Assembly: GCA_965224245.1 (NCBI GenBank)
Contig: OZ245046.1
Location: 4,896,001-4,960,000 of the forward strand
Length of the DNA: 64,000 nucleotides
Direction: 5' to 3'
Source of the DNA: Candidatus Eiseniibacteriota bacterium
GTDB lineage: Bacteria > Eisenbacteria > RBG-16-71-46 > CAZAMP01
Both the position numbers and the translations under genes were made by a program. A model generated the notes under the pieces. That model was not told the origin of the DNA and ran no database searches. It saw nothing but the letters and a program-made list of their open reading frames with translations. Of the stretch, positions 49,587 through 59,387 are shown piece by piece (the stretch's first letter is position 1; every line of letters starts with the position of its first letter).

Positions 49587-52419
49587 GGCGCACTCCTTCC
49601 TCATCGATGGCACGGACGAAGTAGACGCCGGTCGACAGACTGTGGAACTCCACCGCCGCGTGGTGATTGGCGAGGGGCTTCGTCGCAACAAGCCGTCCCT
49701 GCACATCGAAGAGGTCCACGCGGGATGTGACCGCGGCTGTGCCTTCCATCGAGACGCGCAACCCACCCGAAAGACTCTGGACCGACATCGCCGCGCCGTG
49801 ACCGACAGAACCCAGCTCCGGAGCGACGTCGAGAGCGAAATCATGCGGCATCAGAAGTGATCCCATGTAGACGCGCCTCGACCAGTAGCCCCACGGATCC
49901 GTCTCGTCATAGTAGCCCAGAACGAATGCCCTGAAGTGCTGCGACGATGTCGGGTCGTCGACGACCATCAGCCGGTATGGCGTGCGTGGCCCGACGCTCG
50001 GCACGATTGCACTCAGGGGTGAGACGTAGTTCATGAACCCACTCTCTGGGTTCAGGACGGCGACGGCGGTGCAGGAGTTCGGGTCACACCCGGTGCTGGG
50101 CATTGCCATCGCCATGACGGGCCGTCCCTCGGTCGTGATGGCGACGTCCATCCCAGCCGCAAGCGTGTAATCATCGGAGCATGAAGCAACCGTCTCCCAG
50201 GGGCTCAGGCCATCGGGGTCGATTCGAAACATGAACGCCGAGTAGCGATCCAGCGGAACGGCCTGGTGGTAGCCCCAACCGGAGACGTAGATCTCGCCTG
50301 AACGTCCCACGGCTACGCCGGTCAGGCGGTAGTCAGAGCTGATGAGCTGTGGGTAACAGTAGTAGGTGTAGTCCGATTGCGTGTCGAGGTTGCGAAAGAC
50401 CACGACGGGCCGAACCGTTCCCCCGTACTGCACCCGGGCGGACATGGCGAGCGTTCCATCCTCCCCGATTGCGATCAGCCCCGGAAACGCGCTCCCCTCA
50501 CCCGCCGCAAGACTGACCCCCTCAACGAAGATCATCGTGGCAAGGTCGACGGCCACGAGAACCACTTCACTCACGCCGCCTGCGTCCCGAGACTCGCCAG
50601 CGATCCACAGGAGGCCACCCGGACGTGGGTCCATTACCGCGATATCAGCCGAGGGCTGCAACGCGAACACCGGCAGCGTGAACTCGCTCTCGATCGCCCC
50701 GGTGCCCGAGACCTTCAGGACGAATTGCCTGCGCTGTGACGCCGTCTCGGTGAAGCCAACGACGTACGCACAGCCACCCCGGATGAAGACCCCTGCCGCG
50801 GTCTCGTCTCCGTCGGGGAGCTCCGTGCTGGCGTACGGCACCGACCAGTCCACGCTTCCATCGGTCGCGTCGACCTTCATGATGGCCAGGTCGGTCTTGC
50901 CATCGTAGGTGCGACGGCGGTCGGCGACGAACACCGAGGTCCCATCGAAGGCGATCAGACTCTCGTTTCGACGCGATCCGAGCATGTCTCCCACCGACCC
51001 GTCGTCGCCGGGCTGGCCGACGCCGTTGTACCAGCGAGACCACTCGACGCCGCCGTCGAACTCCCGCGTCACCATCGCGTATCGGCTGTCCTTACCCACG
51101 ATGGATGAGAAGGTCACCTCCGAGGCGGTACCAACGGACAGATCGACGATCGCATGAGGCACCGCGACGTATCCGGGAGCCTCGTCCAGAACATCCTCCC
51201 AGTCGTCTTGCAGTGCCCAGGGAAGGGTCGCCCCCGACACCCCCTGACAGTCGTAGATCCAGGGCTCCGCAGGGGAATCCGTGCAGAAGGACAGGTACTG
51301 GCGAGGAATCTCCGTCGCGCCGGCGGGCGGCGCGGGATTCGAGGGATCCCCCGACCCACAGATGTTCGGCGGCGCCGACCCCGCGATGGCCGCGGCACCG
51401 AGGAAGTCGGTGTCGACGAACGCGTACGGGCCCGGGGAGCCGGCGAAGCTCGGTGCCTCGGCGCCGAACGGTGCGATGACCCGCATCTCCCCCACGGAGT
51501 ACGCATCCACGTCGAAGTACCCCACCGGGATCAGGCCGCCAGCCGAGGAAGCCGTCTGCGCGGTATCCCACGAGACGGTGACACCCGCGCCGCGCGAAGG
51601 CCAGCCGCCCAGGGCGCGGGACGTGCCCCCACCGCATGTCGACCAGTCGGAGAAGCGAAGGCCCGCATCCACGTCCAGCCCGAAGGACAGCACCTTCAGG
51701 TCCGCGATGCCGGACGCGAGAAGATAGACGCGATGCGAGACCGTGCCGTCACCGTCGGCGGTGACGACCGTCGAGCAGTCCAGCGAGTCGAGATCGGCGC
51801 ACACCGTGGTGCTCTCGACGACATGCAAGAAGAGCGCGGGGTCTCGAACGTCTTCACACGCGCGTTCACCGCCACCGGAGCCGGCGACATCGGCGACACC
51901 TAGATGGCCGGGCGCGATGGTGTGAGTCACCCCGTCTGCGTCCGTGTATTCCGCTCGCCCGATGCGACTGTCGTTCACGACGGTCACTACGCCGGTCGAG
52001 CCGGCCTCCACCGTCAGATAGCCGACGACGGCAAGACCATCGGGGCCGTCTGGATACTCGGGTTCGTCCCAGGTGACGGCCACCCCGGTTCCGGATGCTG
52101 GCCATCCGGTCTCGGGGATCTGAAGGCCACCGGCACAGCTCGTCCATCCGACGACGGACACCGAGGAGTCGTACTCGATGGCGAACTGCACGCCGGCGAT
52201 CGACCACACGTCGGCGGCCAGAATCCAGACGAACTGTGCATGGGCCGAGCTGCCCTCCACGATCGTCGTCGTGCACGTCAGCGTGTCCACGTCGAGTGCC
52301 GTGCATCCAGCGTAGGAAGCGTCCGTCACGTGGACGGCGAGGGCGGGCTCCGAGCGGGCCGTCCCGATCAGCCCGGCGGACACCAGGATCAGCATTGGGA
52401 TCCATGACTTGGTATGCAT
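49561..52419 (-). CDS. large secreted protein: two N-terminal beta-sandwich repeats, beta-propeller-like region, T9SS-like C-terminal domain
   Basis: GGAGGT RBS, signal peptide; repeats 'WPxxGxGVxVxW'; tail 'LFDVQGRLV...LSTGVYFVR'. Confidence 0.8.
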   Translation of the reverse strand: MHTKSWIPMLILVSAGLIGTARSEPALAVHVTDASYAGCTALDVDTLTCTTTIVEGSSAHAQFVWILAADVWSIAGVQFAIEYDSSVSVVGWTSCAGGLQIPETGWPASGTGVAVTWDEPEYPDGPDGLAVVGYLTVEAGSTGVVTVVNDSRIGRAEYTDADGVTHTIAPGHLGVADVAGSGGGERACEDVRDPALFLHVVESTTVCADLDSLDCSTVVTADGDGTVSHRVYLLASGIADLKVLSFGLDVDAGLRFSDWSTCGGGTSRALGGWPSRGAGVTVSWDTAQTASSAGGLIPVGYFDVDAYSVGEMRVIAPFGAEAPSFAGSPGPYAFVDTDFLGAAAIAGSAPPNICGSGDPSNPAPPAGATEIPRQYLSFCTDSPAEPWIYDCQGVSGATLPWALQDDWEDVLDEAPGYVAVPHAIVDLSVGTASEVTFSSIVGKDSRYAMVTREFDGGVEWSRWYNGVGQPGDDGSVGDMLGSRRNESLIAFDGTSVFVADRRRTYDGKTDLAIMKVDATDGSVDWSVPYASTELPDGDETAAGVFIRGGCAYVVGFTETASQRRQFVLKVSGTGAIESEFTLPVFALQPSADIAVMDPRPGGLLWIAGESRDAGGVSEVVLVAVDLATMIFVEGVSLAAGEGSAFPGLIAIGEDGTLAMSARVQYGGTVRPVVVFRNLDTQSDYTYYCYPQLISSDYRLTGVAVGRSGEIYVSGWGYHQAVPLDRYSAFMFRIDPDGLSPWETVASCSDDYTLAAGMDVAITTEGRPVMAMAMPSTGCDPNSCTAVAVLNPESGFMNYVSPLSAIVPSVGPRTPYRLMVVDDPTSSQHFRAFVLGYYDETDPWGYWSRRVYMGSLLMPHDFALDVAPELGSVGHGAAMSVQSLSGGLRVSMEGTAAVTSRVDLFDVQGRLVATKPLANHHAAVEFHSLSTGVYFVRAIDEEGVRHARGLVTR

Positions 52420-52576
52420 CTCGTGACCTCCGAAATCGTGCCCTGCGCGTTCATAGGCTCATGGGTCAATCCAGAAATGATATCAAAAGCATCTGATATT
52501 GGATACATCGAAACAGCCCAGGTGGGCACGAGAACGCAGAAGGCCGGGCCTCGGCGCGTCCGCAACGATGCTGGCG

Positions 52577-53815
52577 TCAGCGTCGCTCGAGGTGCCCCCT
52601 CGAAAGCACGATGTCGATACCCTCCGTGGCGGCATGGGACGATCGACCCCGCCGGCCGGTGACCGTCATGACCGTGTCGTACCACCCCCGACACACCAGC
52701 ACCTCGTCATCGGCGAGCCAGAACACCCGATCCGCACGTGGGTCAGCATCCAGCTCCACCCGTACGATCTCCCGCACGCTCTCCGTTCGCGGATCCAGCA
52801 CGTCCCACTCCTGGAACGCGCCCGACGGTGCGTCATACGCCCCCCGGCTCGTCAGCACGTGGAGGTCACCGCCAGGCCCCACACGCAGGTCGACGACATC
52901 GGGATCGAACGGCGCGACGTGAACCGAGACCTCCGGACAGGTGCGACACGCGGGATCCCGGCGGGGCGTCCTTGCCGCACGGAGTCGTTCGATCTCCTCC
53001 CGAGGTCGTCGATTGTGCTCGTACGGAATGCGAATCGATCCGATCCCCCCGGAAGGATCGAACACCGTGATCTCGTACCGGTCGTAGTGCTCGGCCGCGT
53101 AGACATGACCATCGGGCGCCACGTCCCATGCCCGCAGGAAGTAGTCCTCGATCTCGTCCAGCTCGATCCGTTGCCGATCCTTCCGGATCGACTTCGTCTC
53201 GTAGGTTGCGAGCTGTCGACTTCCGGCCGGGTCGAGCTTGACGAGGCTGAAGTGGTTCGTCGTAGATCGTGCGTCGCGATCGATGCCGGACCTCTTCAGG
53301 ACGAGCCCGCTGCCGCAGGTCCTGAGCTCCCAGCCGAGCGATCGCCGATCTCCACCCGGACACACCTGTCGATCCACGAACCGTCCATCGGGTGTGAACC
53401 GGAGGATGCGAGCCGGGCTTCGCTCCAGAACGAGGAGCTCACCGGTCGGGCTCCAGGCGAGCGACCTCGGATCGTCGGCGATGTCCCCCGGTCCCTCCCC
53501 CGGGCGCCCGATGCGTCGCAGAAGGGCACCATCCGGGTCGAAGACCCACACGGTCTGCTGCTGGCGATCGAGGAGATACACGTTGCCGTCGTCATCGCGC
53601 GTGGCGCCGGCGGGCACGCCGACGAGATACGCGGGGTCGGAGTCGCTCAGACGCCAGGCTTCCTCGAACGCGAGCGCGAGGCGCGACTGTGCCCGACCAT
53701 CGCCGGGAGCGCCGAGAAGCCCACCGACGACGACGCCAGCCCAGACGACGCACCCGATGCGACCGACACGACCGATCGACCCCGAGATCACGGGCCGCTC
53801 CGCGCGAACGCGCAT
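52577..53815 (-). CDS. exported 6-bladed beta-propeller (NHL-like) protein
   Basis: 'GNVYLLDRQQQTVWVFDPDGALLRRIGRPGEGPGDI', 'RILRFTPDGRFV'; hydrophobic N-terminus. Confidence 0.8.
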   Translation of the reverse strand: MRVRAERPVISGSIGRVGRIGCVVWAGVVVGGLLGAPGDGRAQSRLALAFEEAWRLSDSDPAYLVGVPAGATRDDDGNVYLLDRQQQTVWVFDPDGALLRRIGRPGEGPGDIADDPRSLAWSPTGELLVLERSPARILRFTPDGRFVDRQVCPGGDRRSLGWELRTCGSGLVLKRSGIDRDARSTTNHFSLVKLDPAGSRQLATYETKSIRKDRQRIELDEIEDYFLRAWDVAPDGHVYAAEHYDRYEITVFDPSGGIGSIRIPYEHNRRPREEIERLRAARTPRRDPACRTCPEVSVHVAPFDPDVVDLRVGPGGDLHVLTSRGAYDAPSGAFQEWDVLDPRTESVREIVRVELDADPRADRVFWLADDEVLVCRGWYDTVMTVTGRRGRSSHAATEGIDIVLSRGHLERR

Positions 53816-54039
53816 GGTTCGGTCTGGCAGGTCATCGACTGCCAGTCGTCATCGAGGACGTAATAGCAGTCGAGCGTGGAGAGCGAACCGACGCAGTTCG
53901 CGCCATCGCACTGCCGGTAGCTGCATCCCTCGAGCGGGTCCACCGGGGCTCCCACCATCTGCGTCGGCGCAAACAGCAGCCCGGCGACGGTGGCGAGCAT
54001 GAACGCGCCAATCGCGAGCAGGAATCGGTTCCGGGCCAT
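53788..54039 (-). CDS. small secreted six-cysteine peptide
   Basis: Signal peptide 'MARNRFLLAIGAFMLATVAGLLFAP'; six Cys in a short mature region; overlaps the propeller gene start. Confidence 0.65.
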   Translation of the reverse strand: MARNRFLLAIGAFMLATVAGLLFAPTQMVGAPVDPLEGCSYRQCDGANCVGSLSTLDCYYVLDDDWQSMTCQTEPCAFARSGP

Positions 54040-54303
54040 TCAAGAGCCCCCCATCGAACTGTCCAAGCGGACGAGTCATCGATCGGCAGTCATGTTCGGC
54101 ACCCGGACCATCTATTAATGGATACCACATCGCGCCGCGGAGACGCAACCGTGGTGACCGAGGGCGGCGCGCATCCGCACGGTGCCCGTGGAATCGAGGT
54201 CTCCGACGGGATGCACGGATCGGACGTCGATCGCTGGTATCATCCACCCGCCCGGAGCCGTCCAACGAGATAGGGCTTCCGCACGTCGAACCAAGGAGTC
54301 CCC

Positions 54304-55590
54304 ATGCGATCCATCGATCTCATGGTGGGGGGATTGGTCCTCGCCGTCACGACGGGATCTCTCGCTCGCGCCGAGTGCGTGGACTACGCCGACCCACCCG
54401 CCGACCCGCTCCTCGGATACCTCGAGATCCCCGGTGATCCCGGAGACATCACCCTTCGCGACGGCGTCGTCACGCTCGCGGTGACCGATCCCGACGGCGG
54501 AACGCCGGTGATGATGACCGTCGACGTCTCCGACCCTTCGGCACCGACGCCCCTCGACACGATCGCGTCCCCCGCGGCGTACGGCCGGATCGTCCTCGAG
54601 GGAGACCAGCTTCACGCCGCCGGACCGTCGCTGGCGCACTTCGACGCGTCCGATCCGACGGACCTCGTCGCCCTCGGCACGCTGGACGCGATCGAGTTCC
54701 CGTCACAGAACGCGCGGGCGCTCGCGGTCGTGGGCACGCTCGCCTATCTGGCCACCGAGGACGAACGTCTCGTCATCGCCGACGTGAGCGGAGACCCGTT
54801 GCCGCTCGGCGATCTCGCGATCGGTGCGGCGACGAGCCTCAACGACCTCGTGGTCAAGGACGGGTACGTCTACCTCGTGGGCATCGGCGGGCTCTTCATC
54901 GTCGACGCCACCGACCCCGCAGCGCCGGAGTTCGTGGACACGATCAGCCTCGAGAACCAGGGCACGTCGATCGGCCTCGTCGGAAGCACGGCGATCGTCG
55001 CGGTGTTCGAACGCGCCAGCGCGACGTTCGATCTGTCTGCGCCGGGCTCGCCGGCGCCTCTCGGAACGGGGCCGAGCCTGGCCCGGTTCGCGACCACGGG
55101 AACGATCCTCTATGCGATCGAGGCATCGGACCTCACGGCGTACGACTACTCCGATCCGACATCACCCGAGGAGATCGGATCGCTCACGTTCTTCTTCTCG
55201 TTCGACCTCGCGGTCGATGGATGCCTCGTGGCCGGGTTCAATCCGTTCTTCCCGCCCGAGGAGCTCCGGCTGTTTCCGGCGCACGACCGGGTGACGGTGA
55301 GTGTACCCGGGTACAGTGCCTCCGCCCCCGCCGTGTCGTGTGCGCCGAACCCGATGTCGACCATGACGACGTTGCGTCTCGAGGGTGTGACGGATGGGGA
55401 GACGCGGGTGACGATCCATGATGTGCGGGGTCGTCGCGTGCGCACGCTCCATGGCGAGGTGGACGCGACCGGCTCGCTCGTCGTGCGGTGGGATGGCCGA
55501 GACGATGTCGGTCGAAGGCCGGTGCCGGGGGTGTACGTCTGTGTCAGCGGTGATGGTGTGACGAGGGGGCGGATCACCGTCGCTCCGTGA
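54304..55590 (+). CDS. exported LVIVD-repeat protein with FlgD-like tail
   Basis: AAGGAG RBS; signal peptide; 'VDVSDPSAP', 'GLFIVDATDPAAP', 'YDYSDPTSP'; tail 'PNPM...HDVRGRRVRTL...WDGRDDVG...PGVY'. Confidence 0.85.
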   Translation: MRSIDLMVGGLVLAVTTGSLARAECVDYADPPADPLLGYLEIPGDPGDITLRDGVVTLAVTDPDGGTPVMMTVDVSDPSAPTPLDTIASPAAYGRIVLEGDQLHAAGPSLAHFDASDPTDLVALGTLDAIEFPSQNARALAVVGTLAYLATEDERLVIADVSGDPLPLGDLAIGAATSLNDLVVKDGYVYLVGIGGLFIVDATDPAAPEFVDTISLENQGTSIGLVGSTAIVAVFERASATFDLSAPGSPAPLGTGPSLARFATTGTILYAIEASDLTAYDYSDPTSPEEIGSLTFFFSFDLAVDGCLVAGFNPFFPPEELRLFPAHDRVTVSVPGYSASAPAVSCAPNPMSTMTTLRLEGVTDGETRVTIHDVRGRRVRTLHGEVDATGSLVVRWDGRDDVGRRPVPGVYVCVSGDGVTRGRITVAP

Positions 55591-55991
55591 CGACCCAATC
55601 GTCCGCGTGTCAGCCTCGGCGGCATCGTTGGGGGCTGAGGTGCTCAGGCCGAAGCGGTCTGCGGGGTCGGTAGCCCCATTCACATGAAGCTGCCGTGCTC
55701 TTGGCCCGAGACCACGAAGGTCGGACTTCCGCTGCCGGGCTACCCCGACGCATGCGATCTTTCGATCGGTCCTGGCCGAACGGGTTGCCCAACCTGAAGT
55801 CATGGAATACAATGGGCGCGCCTCATCCTATGAATGTCGTGTAAGAGATATGAAACGGTCGATATAAGAGCACGTCGGAAGACAGGCAATTCCCCGCTCG
55901 GAGGTGCTCACTGGTGAATTGGAACTCACTCCCCTGTGCGTTGATGGGTTGGACCTTTCGAGGCATTTGCGGCACGCAGAGAGCGGTACGC

Positions 55992-56225
55992 ATGCTGCTC
56001 GCGCTCTTCATCGCAGGGTGGATCGCTGTCGACGCAGCGGCGTTACCAGCGGTCCCGAAGCCGACTTCCGATCACGTGCAGATCATGAGCGACGGAGAGC
56101 CCTGGGATGACCCGGAGGAACATCGCTTCGGTGTAGGTGCTCTGCGTGAGGAGGTGCCATCCACTGGCCGCCGGTTGATACCAGCTGCCGACGACACCGA
56201 GATGAGCCAATCGAATGAACGCTGA
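55992..56225 (+). CDS. small exported acidic peptide
   Basis: Signal-like 'MLLALFIAGWIAVDAAA', then 'DGEPWDDPEE'; overlaps the start of the sigma54 activator; start uncertain. Confidence 0.45.
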   Translation: MLLALFIAGWIAVDAAALPAVPKPTSDHVQIMSDGEPWDDPEEHRFGVGALREEVPSTGRRLIPAADDTEMSQSNER

Positions 56226-58422
56226 CCTCATTTCCATCGTTGCGTCTCGACATTCGCACTCGCCCACGGTCGCGACAGCTCTCGGGTGCGATAGACCGGG
56301 CGCAAGTCTCGCTGTTCAACACTCTCGCTTGATCGATCTGGTGCGGAAGCTACGAGATACCGGCGACATTGCCACCGCACAGGACATCGCTGAACTCGTT
56401 CTTGAAACGAACGTAGCTACGCCGAAGCAGCGTGCAGATTGGTACATCGAACGATCGAAGCTGCGACGACGAGACGGCGACCTCTTCGGGGCCAGTGAGG
56501 AAGCAACGAAAGCTGCAGTTCTATTCGAGATGGAAGCGCTACCGGAGAGGACGTGTGAAGCCAACATCCTTCGTGGCGTTTGCTATGCCGCGATGGGGCA
56601 GTGGTCGTTGGCCGAGCAGATTCTGGCTAGAACCATGCACGCCGCGATCAAACTCAAAGTCGATTGGCTGACGAAGAGTGCCAGACTCAATCTGGCCATC
56701 ACGCTCTACATGCGCGGTAACATCTACGAAGCGTTTGTGCATCATCGAGCCTTGCTGGCCGGACCGATGTCGGACAGACGAGAAGAGAACCTTCGAGTCG
56801 GACTTGCTCGCACAACTCGACTGCTCGGTTACTCAGCATCTGCGTTGAGGCAATGTCGTGCTCTCCTGGGCCGAAGGAAGTTCAAGGAGCAACGACGAAC
56901 CGTCGCGCTGGCCAACGAAGTCCTCGGAGACTCCCTGATGGACTCCGGCCGACTCGCCCCTGCTATCCGCTCATTCAAAAAGTCCCTCAAGCTCGGCCTC
57001 CAAATCGCCCCCGAAGGCGACCTCGTCTGCGAAGCCTACCGCCGCCTCGCCGAAGCCCACCTCTCCGCCGGCGACCTCAAGAAGGCCCAGGCCGCCATCG
57101 ACGCCGGCTACCCCCTCTGCGAGAAGACCCACGACGACCGTGAACGGGCCGCCTACCTCCGCGTCATGGGCGACCTCGCCCTGGTCAACGGCGAGACCGA
57201 CGAGTCCGACAAGCGCTACGCCCAGTCGCTCCAGATCAGCGAATCGAGAGGCTTCCAGCTCGAACGCGCCATGACCCTCGAGACCGCCGGCCGCGCCCAC
57301 GTCGAGACGGGTCGCCCGGACACCGGTGTCGAGTTCCTCAAGCAGGCCGAGACCCTCTACGAGGAGATGCGCATCCCCCGGGGCGTCGCCCGCCTGCGCC
57401 GCGGCGAGACGCTCTTCGCCCGCCCGCTCCCCGATCCGAAGAGGACCCGGCGCACCGCCACGAGGAGCGTCACCGACGAGGAAGCCCGCTACTGGGAACG
57501 CTTCGGCATCTACACCCGCGACCCCACGTTGCTGCGCGCGCTCGACGAGGTGCGGGACGCCGCGCCGAGCCACCTCCCGATCCTGATCCTGGGCGAGAGC
57601 GGCGTGGGCAAGGAGCTCGTCGCCGCCGCGACCCACGCGCTCAGCGGCCGCGGCGGATCCCTCATCGACATCAACTGCCCGGCGATCCCCGAGACGATGC
57701 TGGAGAGCGAGCTGTTCGGGAGCGAGCGCGGTGCGTTCACTGGCGCCGAGACACGAGCGGGGCTCGTGGCCGAGGCGGATCGGGGCAGCCTCTTCCTGGA
57801 CGAGATCGGCGACATGCCGAAGCCCCTGCAGGCGAAGCTCCTCCGGTTCCTGGAGACGTCGACGTATCGCCCGGTGGGCGGACGGAAGTCGAGACGGGTG
57901 GACGTCCGCTTCATCAGCGCGACGAACGTGGATCTCGGACGGCGCGTCGACGACGGCACGTTCCGGAGCGATCTCTATCACCGCATCGCCGGACTCGTGG
58001 TCGAGATCCCGTCACTGCGACGGCGGCCGGACGACGTCGAGCTCCTGGCCCGACTGTTCCTGGCCCGCGGTCTCGGCGAGGACGCCACGGTGGCGCCGAC
58101 ACTCGATCCGGCGGTGGTGCATCGCCTTCGCGAGTTCCCCTGGCGAGGCAACGTCCGCGAGCTGAAGAACACGATGGACGCGACCGCGGTCAGGCTCCGA
58201 GGGCGGCACCGGGTCTCGATCGACCTCCTCCCCGCGTGGCTCCGCCGCCTCGATGGCAGCAAGACGTTTCGCGACATGACGATCGACGAGGTCCTGCTGG
58301 AGATCGAACGCCGCGACGGGAACCTCCTCCAGACCGCGCGAGACCTCGGCATCAATCGATCGTCGCTCTACCGCCGCCTGGAGCGCGCCGGGATCGACGT
58401 GGCCCGGCTCCGCACGCACTGA
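56215..58422 (+). CDS. TPR-containing sigma54-dependent enhancer-binding protein
   Basis: N-terminal TPR-like helices; 'GESGVGKE', 'ESELFGSERGAFTGA', 'LFLDEIG', 'WRGNVREL'; Fis-type HTH 'GNLLQTARDLGINRSSLYRRL'. Confidence 0.93.
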   Translation: MNADLISIVASRHSHSPTVATALGCDRPGASLAVQHSRLIDLVRKLRDTGDIATAQDIAELVLETNVATPKQRADWYIERSKLRRRDGDLFGASEEATKAAVLFEMEALPERTCEANILRGVCYAAMGQWSLAEQILARTMHAAIKLKVDWLTKSARLNLAITLYMRGNIYEAFVHHRALLAGPMSDRREENLRVGLARTTRLLGYSASALRQCRALLGRRKFKEQRRTVALANEVLGDSLMDSGRLAPAIRSFKKSLKLGLQIAPEGDLVCEAYRRLAEAHLSAGDLKKAQAAIDAGYPLCEKTHDDRERAAYLRVMGDLALVNGETDESDKRYAQSLQISESRGFQLERAMTLETAGRAHVETGRPDTGVEFLKQAETLYEEMRIPRGVARLRRGETLFARPLPDPKRTRRTATRSVTDEEARYWERFGIYTRDPTLLRALDEVRDAAPSHLPILILGESGVGKELVAAATHALSGRGGSLIDINCPAIPETMLESELFGSERGAFTGAETRAGLVAEADRGSLFLDEIGDMPKPLQAKLLRFLETSTYRPVGGRKSRRVDVRFISATNVDLGRRVDDGTFRSDLYHRIAGLVVEIPSLRRRPDDVELLARLFLARGLGEDATVAPTLDPAVVHRLREFPWRGNVRELKNTMDATAVRLRGRHRVSIDLLPAWLRRLDGSKTFRDMTIDEVLLEIERRDGNLLQTARDLGINRSSLYRRLERAGIDVARLRTH

Positions 58423-58424
58423 CG

Positions 58425-58540
58425 CCCCCGACGCCCGCCCTCGAGCTCCCCGACATCCGCCTCCATTGCCCGACACTCGCCTCGAACACCCCGACACCCG
58501 CCTCGATTCCCCGACGCCCGCCTCGAACACCCCCGACACA
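58425..58540. repeat. degenerate direct repeats (about 20-22 bp, 5-6 copies)
   Basis: Consensus CCCGAC(A/G)CCCGCCTCGA repeated in the intergenic region. Confidence 0.7.
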
Positions 58541-58668
58541 ACTGGCCCGCCGATCCCGTAAACTCGACGTACCCGGACGACGTCACCGCCGCCGTGCGCC
58601 GCGGATGCCGGCGACGCTCGCCCCCGGCTCGACACCGCCAAAACGCCGACGAGGCGACGGGAGGGGTC

Positions 58669-59325
58669 ATGGCAGGACCCGAGCTTCGACTGCCCACCTG
58701 GGAGCAGTTCCTCATCAACTACGGCAGCGCCACCGCATCCTGGGGCGCGCGGCTCACGAGCGATCAGAAGAAGCTCGCGAAGGAGATCTTCGGCGACTCG
58801 ATCGACCTCACCCGGGTTCGGGTCCGGACCGGAGCGCTGCCCGGCATGGGCGGCGCCGCCGCGATGGTGCTCGGCAACACGGTCATCGTGGACCCGAAGT
58901 ACGCGCTGAAGGGCGGGCTCCTGGCCCACGAGCTGACCCACGTCTGGCAGTACCAGACGACCGGCTCCAAGTACCTGAGCAACGCGACCGTCCACCGATC
59001 CTATCGCGTGAAGATCGTCCGGGGCCGGCCCATCGGCGAGTACAACGCGGAGCAGCAGGCCACGATCGTCGAGAACTACTACTACTGGCGCTACCTCAAG
59101 ACGGTGTCGTCCGACTTCCGCGCCGACAATCCCAACATCAGGGGGACGATGAAGGAGGTCGATCGCCTGATGAACGAGATCCGTGGGCGGCGACCGCAGG
59201 CCGAGAGCACGCTCCAGCTCGATCTGAACCGGGCGATGACCGGAGCCGACTCGAGCTCGCTCCCGTCTCCGGCGGATCTGAGCGACTCGCCGAACCCGGT
59301 CTATCAGCTGGAGCTTCGGTTCTAG
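58669..59325 (+). CDS. DUF4157-like HExxH zinc metallopeptidase domain protein
   Basis: GGAGG RBS; 'FGDSIDLTRVRV', 'AMVLGNTV', 'LLAHELTHVWQY', 'YNAEQQATIVE'. Confidence 0.8.
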   Translation: MAGPELRLPTWEQFLINYGSATASWGARLTSDQKKLAKEIFGDSIDLTRVRVRTGALPGMGGAAAMVLGNTVIVDPKYALKGGLLAHELTHVWQYQTTGSKYLSNATVHRSYRVKIVRGRPIGEYNAEQQATIVENYYYWRYLKTVSSDFRADNPNIRGTMKEVDRLMNEIRGRRPQAESTLQLDLNRAMTGADSSSLPSPADLSDSPNPVYQLELRF

Positions 59326-59387
59326 CGAGTCTCGCCGAGAGGACGTCCGTTCCATCGATCCACGTCGAGCTGGAGGCGCTCTTCACG

